Shown here one piece after another: positions 23,360 through 31,371 of a stretch of DNA of 32,000 nt. The position numbers were made by a program, and so were the translations under genes. Origin of the DNA: Horticoccus luteus (GTDB lineage: Bacteria > Verrucomicrobiota > Verrucomicrobiia > Opitutales > Opitutaceae); contig NZ_CP080507.1 in assembly GCF_019464535.1 (NCBI RefSeq), forward strand, positions 4,170,001 to 4,202,000, in the 5' to 3' direction. The notes under the pieces were generated by a model. The model had not been told where the DNA came from. It did not search any database and saw only the letters and a list, made by a program, of their open reading frames with translations. How positions within the stretch are numbered: position 1 is the first letter of the stretch; each line of letters opens with the position of its first letter.

Positions 23360-25651
23360 GTGAACCCCTCCACCCTGCTTGGTGTCCTTGCGTTCGCGCG
23401 TCCGTTCCGGCGTGCCCATTCCGCCCCCGACTTCCGCTCCGCCGTCCGCTGCGTGGCGCTTTTCGTGGCGCTTACCGCTGCTTGGCCGTGCCTCACTCGG
23501 GCCGCTTCGGTCGAATGGAACAACACCGGCACCGACTTCGCGACCGGCACGAACTGGGTCGGCGGCACGGCTCCCGTGGGCGACGGAACGACGGATGTCG
23601 CGACCTTCGGGGCGCAGGGAGGCGCGGCGACTTCCCCGACGGTGGGCGTCAACCGCACCGTGGGCGGACTCAGTTTTCTCAGCAACGCATTCGCCTATGA
23701 TTTCGCTGGCCCGGGCACGCTGCGGATCGGGAGCAGCGGCGTTGCCAACAATGCCGCGGCCACGCAGACATTCTCGGGGCCGCTTTCGCTGAATGGCAAC
23801 CAAGCATGGACCACGGTCGCCGGCGGCGCATTGGTGATCAGCGGCTCCGTCGATCTCAATCCCGCCTCCGCCTCCTCGCGCACGCTCACGGTGGCCGGCG
23901 CTGGCAACACCACCATCGATGGTGTGCTCTCCAATTCTTTCGCCGGGTCTTCCGGCAACGTCACCGTAACCGCTACCGGCACGGTCTTGTTTAACGGTGC
24001 CAACACTTACACAGGCGTTACCACTGTCTCCTCTGGCGCCACGCTGAAACTAGGCCACGCCGCCGCTCTCGGCAGCACCGCCGGCGGCACGACGGTCAGT
24101 TCCGGTGGCACCCTCGATCTGAATGGCCAGGCCGTCGGGGCCGAAGTTGTCTCGATCAACGGCACCGGCGTTGCCGCGGCTGGCGCCGTCGCCAACACCG
24201 CGCCCGGCGCCGCCAGCCTCGCCGGCAAGTTGATCCTTACAGGTAGCTCCACCGTGAGCGTCTCGGCGGGTTCATCTCTGACGTTGGGAGACATCGATCT
24301 CAACGCTTCCAGTGCGAGCGCCCGCACGCTCAGCATTGCGGGCGCCGGCGACGTGACACTGTCCGGCAATATCTCGCATTCTTACGCGGGATCCACCGGC
24401 AATCTCACGATCAATAGCACCGGCACGGTGACTCTCTCGGGCAACAACACGTTCACCGGCAACGCCGTCGTCTCCTCCGGAGCCACGCTCAAAATTGGCA
24501 GCGCCACCGCCCTCGCCAGTTCCAGCAATTACACGAATGTTTCCTCTGGCGGCGTCCTCGACCTCAACGGCTTCGACGTCGCCAAACCCCTGCGCCTGTC
24601 CGCGTCAGGGTTCGACGGCAACGGCGCACTCGTCAACACGAGCGACACTGCGGTCACCATCGCCGGTAATGTCCTGCTCGCGGGAAGTTCCTCCATCGGC
24701 CAGGGCGATATCACCGTCAACGGCGCAGTCGGTGACGCGGGGGCGGGCAAGTCCCTGACCAAACGCGGCTCCGGCACCTTGACGCTCGCCGGTGTTAATA
24801 CTTATTCGGGCGCGACGATTGTGAGCAGCGGCTCGCTCCTGATCGACGGGTCAACTGCGGCCTCAAGCGCGGTGTCGGTCTCCAGTGGCGCCACCCTGGG
24901 CGGCAGCGGCCATATCCTCGGGTCGGTGACAAGCAGCGGCGGTATTTTGAACAATGCCGACCATGTGCTCAGCATCGCCGGCACGCTCGCCACGAGCGGC
25001 GCCAGCAGCCTTGCCAGTGGCTCGACGTTCAACGTGACCGGCGGCACCACCGTCATGTCCGGCAGCTTCGCCGTGAACGGCCAGCTGGGCGGTTCGCTGG
25101 TTGTCGACGAGGGCGCGACGCTCAGCGGCTCCGGCTTCATCAATGGCGCCACACTCATCAACGACGGAGCCTCCCTCGCGCCCGGTAACAGCCCCGGTAA
25201 GCTGGTCTTCGGCGACACTCTCACGCTCAGCGGCGCCAGCATCACGACACTGCAAATCGGGGCCACCGGCACCGCGGGCACGGACTACGACGCGGTGACA
25301 GTGAACTCCCTCCTCACCTTCGGCGGCACCCTCAACGTCGTCGCCACCGACCTCGGCGGCGGCCTGTATGCTTTCGCCCAACCGGGAACTTTCAATCTGT
25401 TCAGTTTCGGCAGCCAAACCGGAAACTTCGCCACCGTCATCGTCAACGGCGTGGCGCTCTCCTTTGATTCCGGCCTCGGGAGCTGGTCGGTGCTCAACCT
25501 CGATGGCTTCGACTATACGTTCTCGCTCGCGAACGGCCAGCTCACCGCGGCGTCGACCAGTGCGATTCCTGAACCGTCCACGTGGGCGGCACTCTTCGGC
25601 GTCGTCGCGCTCGGTGTCGCCGCGTATGGCCGCCGGCGCGCGCGAACCTGA
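23360..25651 (+). CDS. autotransporter-associated beta-strand repeat protein with PEP-CTERM anchor
   Basis: 763 aa. It has many G(T/S)LTL(A/S)G.NTY(S/T)G.T.V..G.L repeats of the PATR type and an internal ~120-aa duplication. The C-terminus is IPEPSTWAALFGVVALGVAAYGRRRART. The GTG start is the first canonical start after an in-frame TAA, so the exact start is uncertain. Confidence 0.85.
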   Translation: MNPSTLLGVLAFARPFRRAHSAPDFRSAVRCVALFVALTAAWPCLTRAASVEWNNTGTDFATGTNWVGGTAPVGDGTTDVATFGAQGGAATSPTVGVNRTVGGLSFLSNAFAYDFAGPGTLRIGSSGVANNAAATQTFSGPLSLNGNQAWTTVAGGALVISGSVDLNPASASSRTLTVAGAGNTTIDGVLSNSFAGSSGNVTVTATGTVLFNGANTYTGVTTVSSGATLKLGHAAALGSTAGGTTVSSGGTLDLNGQAVGAEVVSINGTGVAAAGAVANTAPGAASLAGKLILTGSSTVSVSAGSSLTLGDIDLNASSASARTLSIAGAGDVTLSGNISHSYAGSTGNLTINSTGTVTLSGNNTFTGNAVVSSGATLKIGSATALASSSNYTNVSSGGVLDLNGFDVAKPLRLSASGFDGNGALVNTSDTAVTIAGNVLLAGSSSIGQGDITVNGAVGDAGAGKSLTKRGSGTLTLAGVNTYSGATIVSSGSLLIDGSTAASSAVSVSSGATLGGSGHILGSVTSSGGILNNADHVLSIAGTLATSGASSLASGSTFNVTGGTTVMSGSFAVNGQLGGSLVVDEGATLSGSGFINGATLINDGASLAPGNSPGKLVFGDTLTLSGASITTLQIGATGTAGTDYDAVTVNSLLTFGGTLNVVATDLGGGLYAFAQPGTFNLFSFGSQTGNFATVIVNGVALSFDSGLGSWSVLNLDGFDYTFSLANGQLTAASTSAIPEPSTWAALFGVVALGVAAYGRRRART
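25565..25648 (+). other. PEP-CTERM sorting signal
   Basis: IPEP + hydrophobic helix + RRR at the C-terminus. Confidence 0.85.
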
Positions 25652-25677
25652 ATCCGCTCGGCGTTTCGCGTTCATCA

Positions 25678-25705
25678 TCCCGCCGCAAACCCGGCGGGAT
25701 TTTTT
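25678..25705 (+). terminator. rho-independent terminator
   Basis: Stem tcccgccg (25678-25685) / cggcggga (25692-25699), 6-nt loop, then T6 (25700-25705). It lies 27 nt after the stop at 25651. Confidence 0.75.
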
Positions 25706-25730
25706 GTGCCGCGACCTTTGCCCGTGCGCC

Positions 25731-26780
25731 CTAGCGCTTCGCGGTTCCCGTGGACTCGCCCGCGACAAATTCCGACGGCAGGATCAAGTCGTGCAGGCTC
25801 TCATCGTCGCGGCCGATCACATCGAGCAGCAGCCGCGCCGCCGCCTGGCCAAGTTTTTCCGGATCCGTGCCCGCCACCGTGAGACGCGGTTTCTCCACTT
25901 GCGCCAGCCGCGAGTTGTCCGCCGCAGCGATGCTGCACTCGCCGGGAATTTTTCCGCCTTCCCGCAACCACGCCATCGCCGCGCCCGCCGCCATCAAGGT
26001 GTTGTAGGTGATGAACGCCGTGGGGAAATCCTTCCGCTTGGCGAGCGGCAGCAATTCCTCGATCGCTTGCGCCCCTTCCGCCCTGTCCGCCTGTTTCAGA
26101 TACACGCGGTAACGCTCATCCTCGCGGCCGCCGCACGCCTCCAACGCCGACACAAACGCCGCGTGCCGCGCCTCGTGCCGCCCCAAACCCACGTTGCCCC
26201 CGAGCCAGCCAATCCGCCGGTGGCCGAGTTCCCAGAGGTGCTGCACGAGCAACTGCAGCGCCTGCGGCTCATTGCCCACCACCGAGTGGCAAAACCCGGG
26301 ATGACGCGCCGACACCGCCACGACGTTCCCCGTCTGTGCGCGCAACGCTTGCAGAAACGCCGCCGACACTTCGCCAAACAACACCACGCCCGCGGGCGCG
26401 TGCCGCGGACGGAAAAAATGCGCCAGTCGCTCCGCGGTGAGCGTGTCTTCCGTGCCCAAAAAAACCGCCGCGTAACCCTGCTCCGCCAGCTCCGTGTGCA
26501 GGCCATGCAGCACGTGACTGAAATAGCTGCCCTGCGTGTGGATGCTCAGGCCCGCCCGCAAAATAAACCCGATCTGCTGGGAGCGCGCCGGCGTGGGTGA
26601 GCGCTCGAGGTTCATGCCCTTGGGCTCGTAGCCCAGGCTCAACGCGTGCGTCCAGATGCGTTGGTAAGTCTCCGCATGGATGCCATCCTTCCGGCCGTTC
26701 AGCGCGAGTGAGACCAGCGCTTGCGAGACCTTGAGATCGCGCGCGATACGCTGCTGGGAGACTTTTTTGCGGGCCGTCAT
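25731..26780 (-). CDS. LacI-family transcriptional regulator
   Basis: 349 aa. The N-terminal HTH is KVSQQRIARDLKVSQALVSLALNGR, followed by a periplasmic-binding-protein-like sugar-binding core. Confidence 0.9.
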   Translation of the reverse strand: MTARKKVSQQRIARDLKVSQALVSLALNGRKDGIHAETYQRIWTHALSLGYEPKGMNLERSPTPARSQQIGFILRAGLSIHTQGSYFSHVLHGLHTELAEQGYAAVFLGTEDTLTAERLAHFFRPRHAPAGVVLFGEVSAAFLQALRAQTGNVVAVSARHPGFCHSVVGNEPQALQLLVQHLWELGHRRIGWLGGNVGLGRHEARHAAFVSALEACGGREDERYRVYLKQADRAEGAQAIEELLPLAKRKDFPTAFITYNTLMAAGAAMAWLREGGKIPGECSIAAADNSRLAQVEKPRLTVAGTDPEKLGQAAARLLLDVIGRDDESLHDLILPSEFVAGESTGTAKR

Positions 26781-26793
26781 GCCCGCGGGGTTA

Positions 26794-26805
26794 TGATAAA
26801 TATCA
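26794..26805 (-). promoter_or_regulatory. AT-rich 12-mer TGATATTTATCA (minus-strand reading; arms TGATA/TATCA are an inverted repeat), 13 nt upstream of LacI-family gene ATG
   Basis: The plus strand reads tgataaatatca. It matches 11/12 positions of the 22240 and 23338 copies. Confidence 0.5.
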
Positions 26806-26887
26806 CCGTAAACACAATTCCGAACACCGGCCCCGCCTCTATCGTCACTTTGCCCTTGCCTCTGTTTTCGCCGCTGCTCACATCCAT

Positions 26888-26900
26888 TATAATTATTATC
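26888..26900 (+). promoter_or_regulatory. TATAATTATTATC: consensus -10-like TATAAT (26888-26893) ending 12 nt before ATG 26906
   Basis: Read directly. It shares ATAATTATTATC (12/12) with 10094-10105 and is a looser relative (9/12) of the TAATATTTATCA motif. Confidence 0.4.
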
Positions 26901-26905
26901 CGCTT

Positions 26906-29900
26906 ATGACCCCTGCCTCCCCCCTCTCGTCCGGCGGCGTATTCCGCCGGTTTCTGCTCGCCTGCCTGCTGCCCGCCGTCGCTTCCGCGGCGTCCTTGGT
27001 CAACCAGAACTTCAACGATGGCAGTCGCGCCAATGTCTATTCCTCGGGCACGGCGAGCACCGTCGGCGTCATCAACAATGCGCTGGTTCAAGCGACCCAG
27101 ACCTCCGGCCGCGGCATTCTCGGCACGTTCACGCCCACCACCCTAGTGAACACCGGCGATACGTTGACCTTCACGCAGCAATTCACCCTCAACGGCGCAT
27201 TCGGTAGCGGCGTCACGACATCGTCGAGTAACGAAATCCGCATCGGCCTCTTCAATCATCACACTGCCGCGGCGATCACGGACGACAACTGGAACAGCGT
27301 TGATGCCTCCGCCTACCGCGGCTACGCGTTTATCGGCACCGTCACCGGGACAGATGCCGGCGGCAAAGGCCAATGGTCCGTGCGCAGCCGCACCGGCGCG
27401 GGTGAACCCAAATTGATCGGCACGACCGGACCCTTCACCTCGATTGGTTCATCGTTCACCGCGACCGGCTCCTGGGTCAGCGGCACCGCCTACACCGTGA
27501 GTATTACCCTCACAAAGAGCGCGGGGGGCATCGACATCACGGTGACCGTGGCCGGCGGCGCCTTTGGCGCGGGCGCGACGTTTACGCGCACGGATTCCTC
27601 CGCGCCCGAGACGACCTTCGATACCCTCGTCGTCTATACCTCTTCCAACGTCTCCGATTCCTTCACCGTCGATGACCTGAAAGTCGATTCCACCGCCAAC
27701 ACCGCCCTGTCCGCGCCGGCGATCGCCACGCAACCGACCAACCAGGCTGTGAACGTCGGCGGCAGCGTCACTTTCGCCGTCGCCGCTTCGGGTGAACCAT
27801 TGACCTACCAATGGCATCGCAACGGCGCCGACCTCGCTGGCGCCACGAATGCGACCTACGTCGTCGCCAACGCCCAAACCACCGACGCCGCCGCCTACTC
27901 CGTCACCGTGACCAACAGTCTCGGCACGGTCGACAGCACCGCCGGCTCCCTCATCGTGTTGCCGCTCCCCGCCGGCACCAGCGTGACGTCCGAGGATTTC
28001 ACGACCAACACCGGACGCAGCGGCTGGTATACCTCCTCCAGCACGAGCACGATTTCCGTCACCAACGGCACGCTTCTGCAGACAACCGGCACCAGCGGCC
28101 GCGGGTTGCTGAGCTACTTCCCCGCGCAGGCGCTCGGCCTCGGCGAGACGCTCACCACCACCTTCGGCTTCGAGTTGCACGGTTCGCCCGGCGCGAACTT
28201 CACCACCTCCGCTCAATGGCGCTTCGGCCTCTTCAGCTCCGACGCCGCGACAAAGGTCGACGGCGACAATTTCGCCAGCACCTCCTACCACACCGGCGCG
28301 GTTTACGATTTCTCCACGCAGCCCGGCTACGCCGCATTTCTCGGCCAGACGAGCTGGACCATCGAAACCCGCAACGTCGCTTCTCCTCAGATCCTCAGCC
28401 TCAACGCCGCTTATACCCCGGTCGGTGATGTCGAGACCCCGGCGTTCACCTTCGACGTTAACACGAATTACGTCGTTACCCTCTCGGTGCAGCGCACCGG
28501 CGCCGGCGCCGATATTACGCTCACTGTCGCGGGCGGCGCCTTCGGTGCCGGGACCACATTCACCCGCTCCGATGCCTCCGCCGGCGCGGTCGCCAACTTC
28601 GACTTCCTCGCCGTGCACTGCCTGTCGAATTTCTCGGATTCGTTCAGCATCGATGACGTCCAAATCCTTCGCTCCACCCTCGCCGCGCCCGTGGTCACCA
28701 CCGCGCCCACGAGCCAGACTGTCGGCGTCGGCGCCAACGTCACGCTCTCGGTCGTCGCCAACGGCGGCGCCCCGCTCACCTACCAATGGCAAAAGGATTC
28801 GGTCGCGCTCGCCGGTGCCACCAACGCCACCTTGGCGCTCACGAATCTCCAGACGACCGATTCCGGTGATTACACCGTGACGGTGACCAACGCCGCCGGC
28901 TCCACGACCAGTGCCGCGGCCACTCTCACGGTCACCACCGGCCCCATCGCTCCCACGGTCGATACGCCGCCCGCGAGCCAGACTGTCGGCGTCGGGCAAT
29001 CCGTCACGCTCAACGTCACCGCCAGCGGCACCGCTCCCTTCGCCTATCAATGGTATAAGGACGGCACGCTCATCGATGGTGCCACCCAGGCCGCCCTTGT
29101 TATTCCTGCCGTGTCGGCCGCCGACGCAGGTGTTTACACGGTCGCCGTCACCAACGCCGGCGGCACGGTCACCAGCACTGCCGCCACGCTCGCGGTCGCG
29201 TCCGCTTATCTCTCCAACGTCTCCGTGCGCGCCGCGATGACCGAGGGCCAGACGCTCATCGTCGGCTTTGTCGTCAGCGGCGGGGCCAAACCCGTCCTGA
29301 TCCGCGCCGCCGGTCCCGCCCTCAACGCCTTCGGCCTCACCGGCGTCGCTGATCCCCGCGCGATTCTCTTCAACAGCCAGGGCACCCAAGTCGGCGAAAA
29401 CGACAACTGGGACGCGTCCCTCGCGTCGACGTTCTCCGACCTCGGCGCCTTCCCGTTCACTACGGACAGCAAGGATGCCGCCCTCCTCCCGACGATCGAC
29501 GGACCGCACACCGCGCAGGTCAGCGGCACCGGCAACGGCATTATTCTCGTGGAAGCCTACGACGACGCCGCCGGTTCGCACGACGGTCGCAAACTCGCCA
29601 ACCTCTCCGCGCGCTACCACGTCGGCACGAGCAACGATATCCTCATCGCGGGCTTCGTCGTGGGCGGCACCGGCACCAAGCAAGTGCTGATCCGCGCCGT
29701 CGGTCCCAAACTCGCCGACTTCTCCGTGCCCGGCGTCCTCGCTGATCCGCAGCTCACGGTTTACGACGGCGAAACCGTGGTCGCCTCCAACGACAACTGG
29801 GATTCCTCGCTCGCCTCCACCTTCGCCGCACTCGGCGCCTTCGCGCTCAACTCAAACAGCAAAGACGCGGCCCTTCTCGTCACCCTCGACGCCGGCAAAT

Positions 29901-29977
29901 CCTACACCGTCCAGGTGTCCGGCGTCGGTGCCACGACCGGTGAGGCGCTCGTCGAAATCTACGACGCCACCCCGTAA
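26906..29977 (+). CDS. large secreted modular protein: SP-[X-module-Ig]-[X-module-Ig-Ig]-[Y-module x2]
   Basis: 1023 aa. The signal peptide is ..FRRFLLACLLPAVASAAS. Two ~235-aa X-modules span about 26993-27701 and 27965-28672. Three I-set-like Ig domains with (T/F)YQW(H/Q/Y)(R/K)(N/D)G....Y(S/T)V(T/A)VTN..G lie at about 27712-27960, 28684-28932 and 28945-29195. Two Y-modules span 29210-29974. Confidence 0.85.
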   Translation: MTPASPLSSGGVFRRFLLACLLPAVASAASLVNQNFNDGSRANVYSSGTASTVGVINNALVQATQTSGRGILGTFTPTTLVNTGDTLTFTQQFTLNGAFGSGVTTSSSNEIRIGLFNHHTAAAITDDNWNSVDASAYRGYAFIGTVTGTDAGGKGQWSVRSRTGAGEPKLIGTTGPFTSIGSSFTATGSWVSGTAYTVSITLTKSAGGIDITVTVAGGAFGAGATFTRTDSSAPETTFDTLVVYTSSNVSDSFTVDDLKVDSTANTALSAPAIATQPTNQAVNVGGSVTFAVAASGEPLTYQWHRNGADLAGATNATYVVANAQTTDAAAYSVTVTNSLGTVDSTAGSLIVLPLPAGTSVTSEDFTTNTGRSGWYTSSSTSTISVTNGTLLQTTGTSGRGLLSYFPAQALGLGETLTTTFGFELHGSPGANFTTSAQWRFGLFSSDAATKVDGDNFASTSYHTGAVYDFSTQPGYAAFLGQTSWTIETRNVASPQILSLNAAYTPVGDVETPAFTFDVNTNYVVTLSVQRTGAGADITLTVAGGAFGAGTTFTRSDASAGAVANFDFLAVHCLSNFSDSFSIDDVQILRSTLAAPVVTTAPTSQTVGVGANVTLSVVANGGAPLTYQWQKDSVALAGATNATLALTNLQTTDSGDYTVTVTNAAGSTTSAAATLTVTTGPIAPTVDTPPASQTVGVGQSVTLNVTASGTAPFAYQWYKDGTLIDGATQAALVIPAVSAADAGVYTVAVTNAGGTVTSTAATLAVASAYLSNVSVRAAMTEGQTLIVGFVVSGGAKPVLIRAAGPALNAFGLTGVADPRAILFNSQGTQVGENDNWDASLASTFSDLGAFPFTTDSKDAALLPTIDGPHTAQVSGTGNGIILVEAYDDAAGSHDGRKLANLSARYHVGTSNDILIAGFVVGGTGTKQVLIRAVGPKLADFSVPGVLADPQLTVYDGETVVASNDNWDSSLASTFAALGAFALNSNSKDAALLVTLDAGKSYTVQVSGVGATTGEALVEIYDATP
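29210..29974 (+). other. tandem pair of Y-modules (same family as 5523-6308)
   Basis: Copy 1 starts at LSNVSVRAAM (29210) and copy 2 at LANLSARYHVG (29594). Shared motifs are LI(V/A)GFVV, VLIRA.GP.L, ADP, NDNWD, LGAF, SKDAALL, (T)(A/V)QVSG and EAYD/EIYD. Confidence 0.8.
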
Positions 29978-30007
29978 GCGCGTTCGCTCGTTACCAGCAG
30001 CGTTTCC

Positions 30008-30039
30008 AAGCCCGCCGGAGTCGGCGGGCTTTTTGTTTT
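30008..30039 (+). terminator. rho-independent terminator
   Basis: 10-bp stem aagcccgccg (30008-30017) / cggcgggctt (30022-30031), loop gagt, tail tttgtttt. It lies 31 nt after the stop at 29977. Confidence 0.8.
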
Positions 30040-30119
30040 CTCGGCCTGGCGGTGCGAGAGTCCCCCGATACGCCGACGATGCGCCGCACGCTCCGCCGCG
30101 CGGCGTCCCAGCGATCGGC

Positions 30120-31124
30120 TTACGTCGACGTATCGTAAACGCGTTCCGTGATGAGCCCTTGCAGCGGCCGTCCCGCCGCATACGCACGGAGATTCGCCAC
30201 CGAAAACTCCCCCGCATCGCGCCGGCGGTCAGGCGTGGGACCCGCGATATGCGGCGTGAGCGAGACGTTCGGCAGCCCGCGAAAGGGCGAATCCGCCGGC
30301 AGCGGCTCGACGGCAAACACATCGAGGCCGATCCTGATTTTCCCTTCCTGCGCCACACGCAACAGCGCCGCCTCGTCCACGACCGCGCCGCGTCCGACGT
30401 TGACGAATACTCCGCCCGGCCGGATCAGCCGCAGCAGTTTCTCCGTGATGATTCCCGTCGTCGCCGGGATGAGCGGCGCCAGTTCGATCACCACGTCGTT
30501 TTCCGCAAACAGCGTCTCGAGTGTCGACACCGCGCGCACACCGTAACGGCGCTCGGTCTCGGCATCGACGTCGGGCGCGCACACCGAAATCGCGCAGTGA
30601 AACGGCTGCAACAGGCCCACGAGTTCGCGCGCCACCGGACCAAATCCATGCAGGCCCACGCGCTGTCCAAATAGCGAAGCCGTCTGCGGATTATCGTTAT
30701 CCCAGCCTCCTTCACGGTGCATCGTCAGCGCCCAGTGCGTGCCGCGCCGCAGGCACGAAAGCGTGTGAAACAACGCACACTCGGCGACCATGCGGCCGAT
30801 CGACCCGCCCCAATTCGTCACCCGCAAACCGCGCTCGAGATGCGCCCGGCTCACCAGCGTTTTTACCGAGCCCGCGAGATAACACACGTAACGCAACGCC
30901 GGCGGCAACTCGGCCGGCAGCGGCGGCGTGCGCCAGCACGCGAGCAGGATTTCGGGATTCGCCTCGCGCAGCGCCCGATGAAACGCTTCCAAGGAAATTC
31001 CGGTGGTATCACACCAGGAAAATTTCGGCGTCAACGCGCGCACGTCAGCGAACAACGGCTCGGGCAGAAAGTCCGGTTGTTCATTCGCGGAGATGGCGGC
31101 AAGAAGAGAAGCAGGGCGGGTCAT
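30120..31124 (-). CDS. D-isomer-specific 2-hydroxyacid dehydrogenase family, NAD-binding (copy B, paralog of 15166-16170)
   Basis: The start was trimmed to ATG at 31124 (MTRPASLLAAI). It is 334 aa with the same catalytic motifs as copy A. An ungapped hand alignment to copy A gives 271/334 identical residues (about 81%). Confidence 0.85.
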   Translation of the reverse strand: MTRPASLLAAISANEQPDFLPEPLFADVRALTPKFSWCDTTGISLEAFHRALREANPEILLACWRTPPLPAELPPALRYVCYLAGSVKTLVSRAHLERGLRVTNWGGSIGRMVAECALFHTLSCLRRGTHWALTMHREGGWDNDNPQTASLFGQRVGLHGFGPVARELVGLLQPFHCAISVCAPDVDAETERRYGVRAVSTLETLFAENDVVIELAPLIPATTGIITEKLLRLIRPGGVFVNVGRGAVVDEAALLRVAQEGKIRIGLDVFAVEPLPADSPFRGLPNVSLTPHIAGPTPDRRRDAGEFSVANLRAYAAGRPLQGLITERVYDTST

Positions 31125-31371
31125 GGTAAAAGTAAGCGCTGTGTCGAGGAGAGCGGCGGACCGCACGTGGTGCGGCTGACACGCCTTCCACAAATCAAAG
31201 GACGGAAAAGAACCAGCGGTCGAGGGCGATAAAATCCCGTCGCCGCGCCGTCGCCGCCGCGCTCTCGTCTCCGCTGCCAACCACGGCCGACGGCCGCGCC
31301 GGTGGCTGCGCGTGCACCGTTTGGCCGTTGCGACTGCGCCGCGGCGGCCTCTTATTGCCCGCCTTCCGCTC

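Noticed and set aside
29928-30674. Apparent conserved pair of plus-strand ORFs (29928-30674 and 14209-15570 share long similar stretches), which could look like a conserved antisense gene
   Set aside because: The similarity is fully explained by the two paralogous 2-hydroxyacid dehydrogenase genes on the opposite strand.
31141-31182. Small hairpin gtgtc..ccgcac-gtg-gtgcgg..gacac in the divergent region between dehydrogenase copy B and the ABC gene
   Set aside because: The stems are short (6 and 5 bp) with an asymmetric interior loop, which is common by chance in GC-rich DNA. Nothing else supports it.
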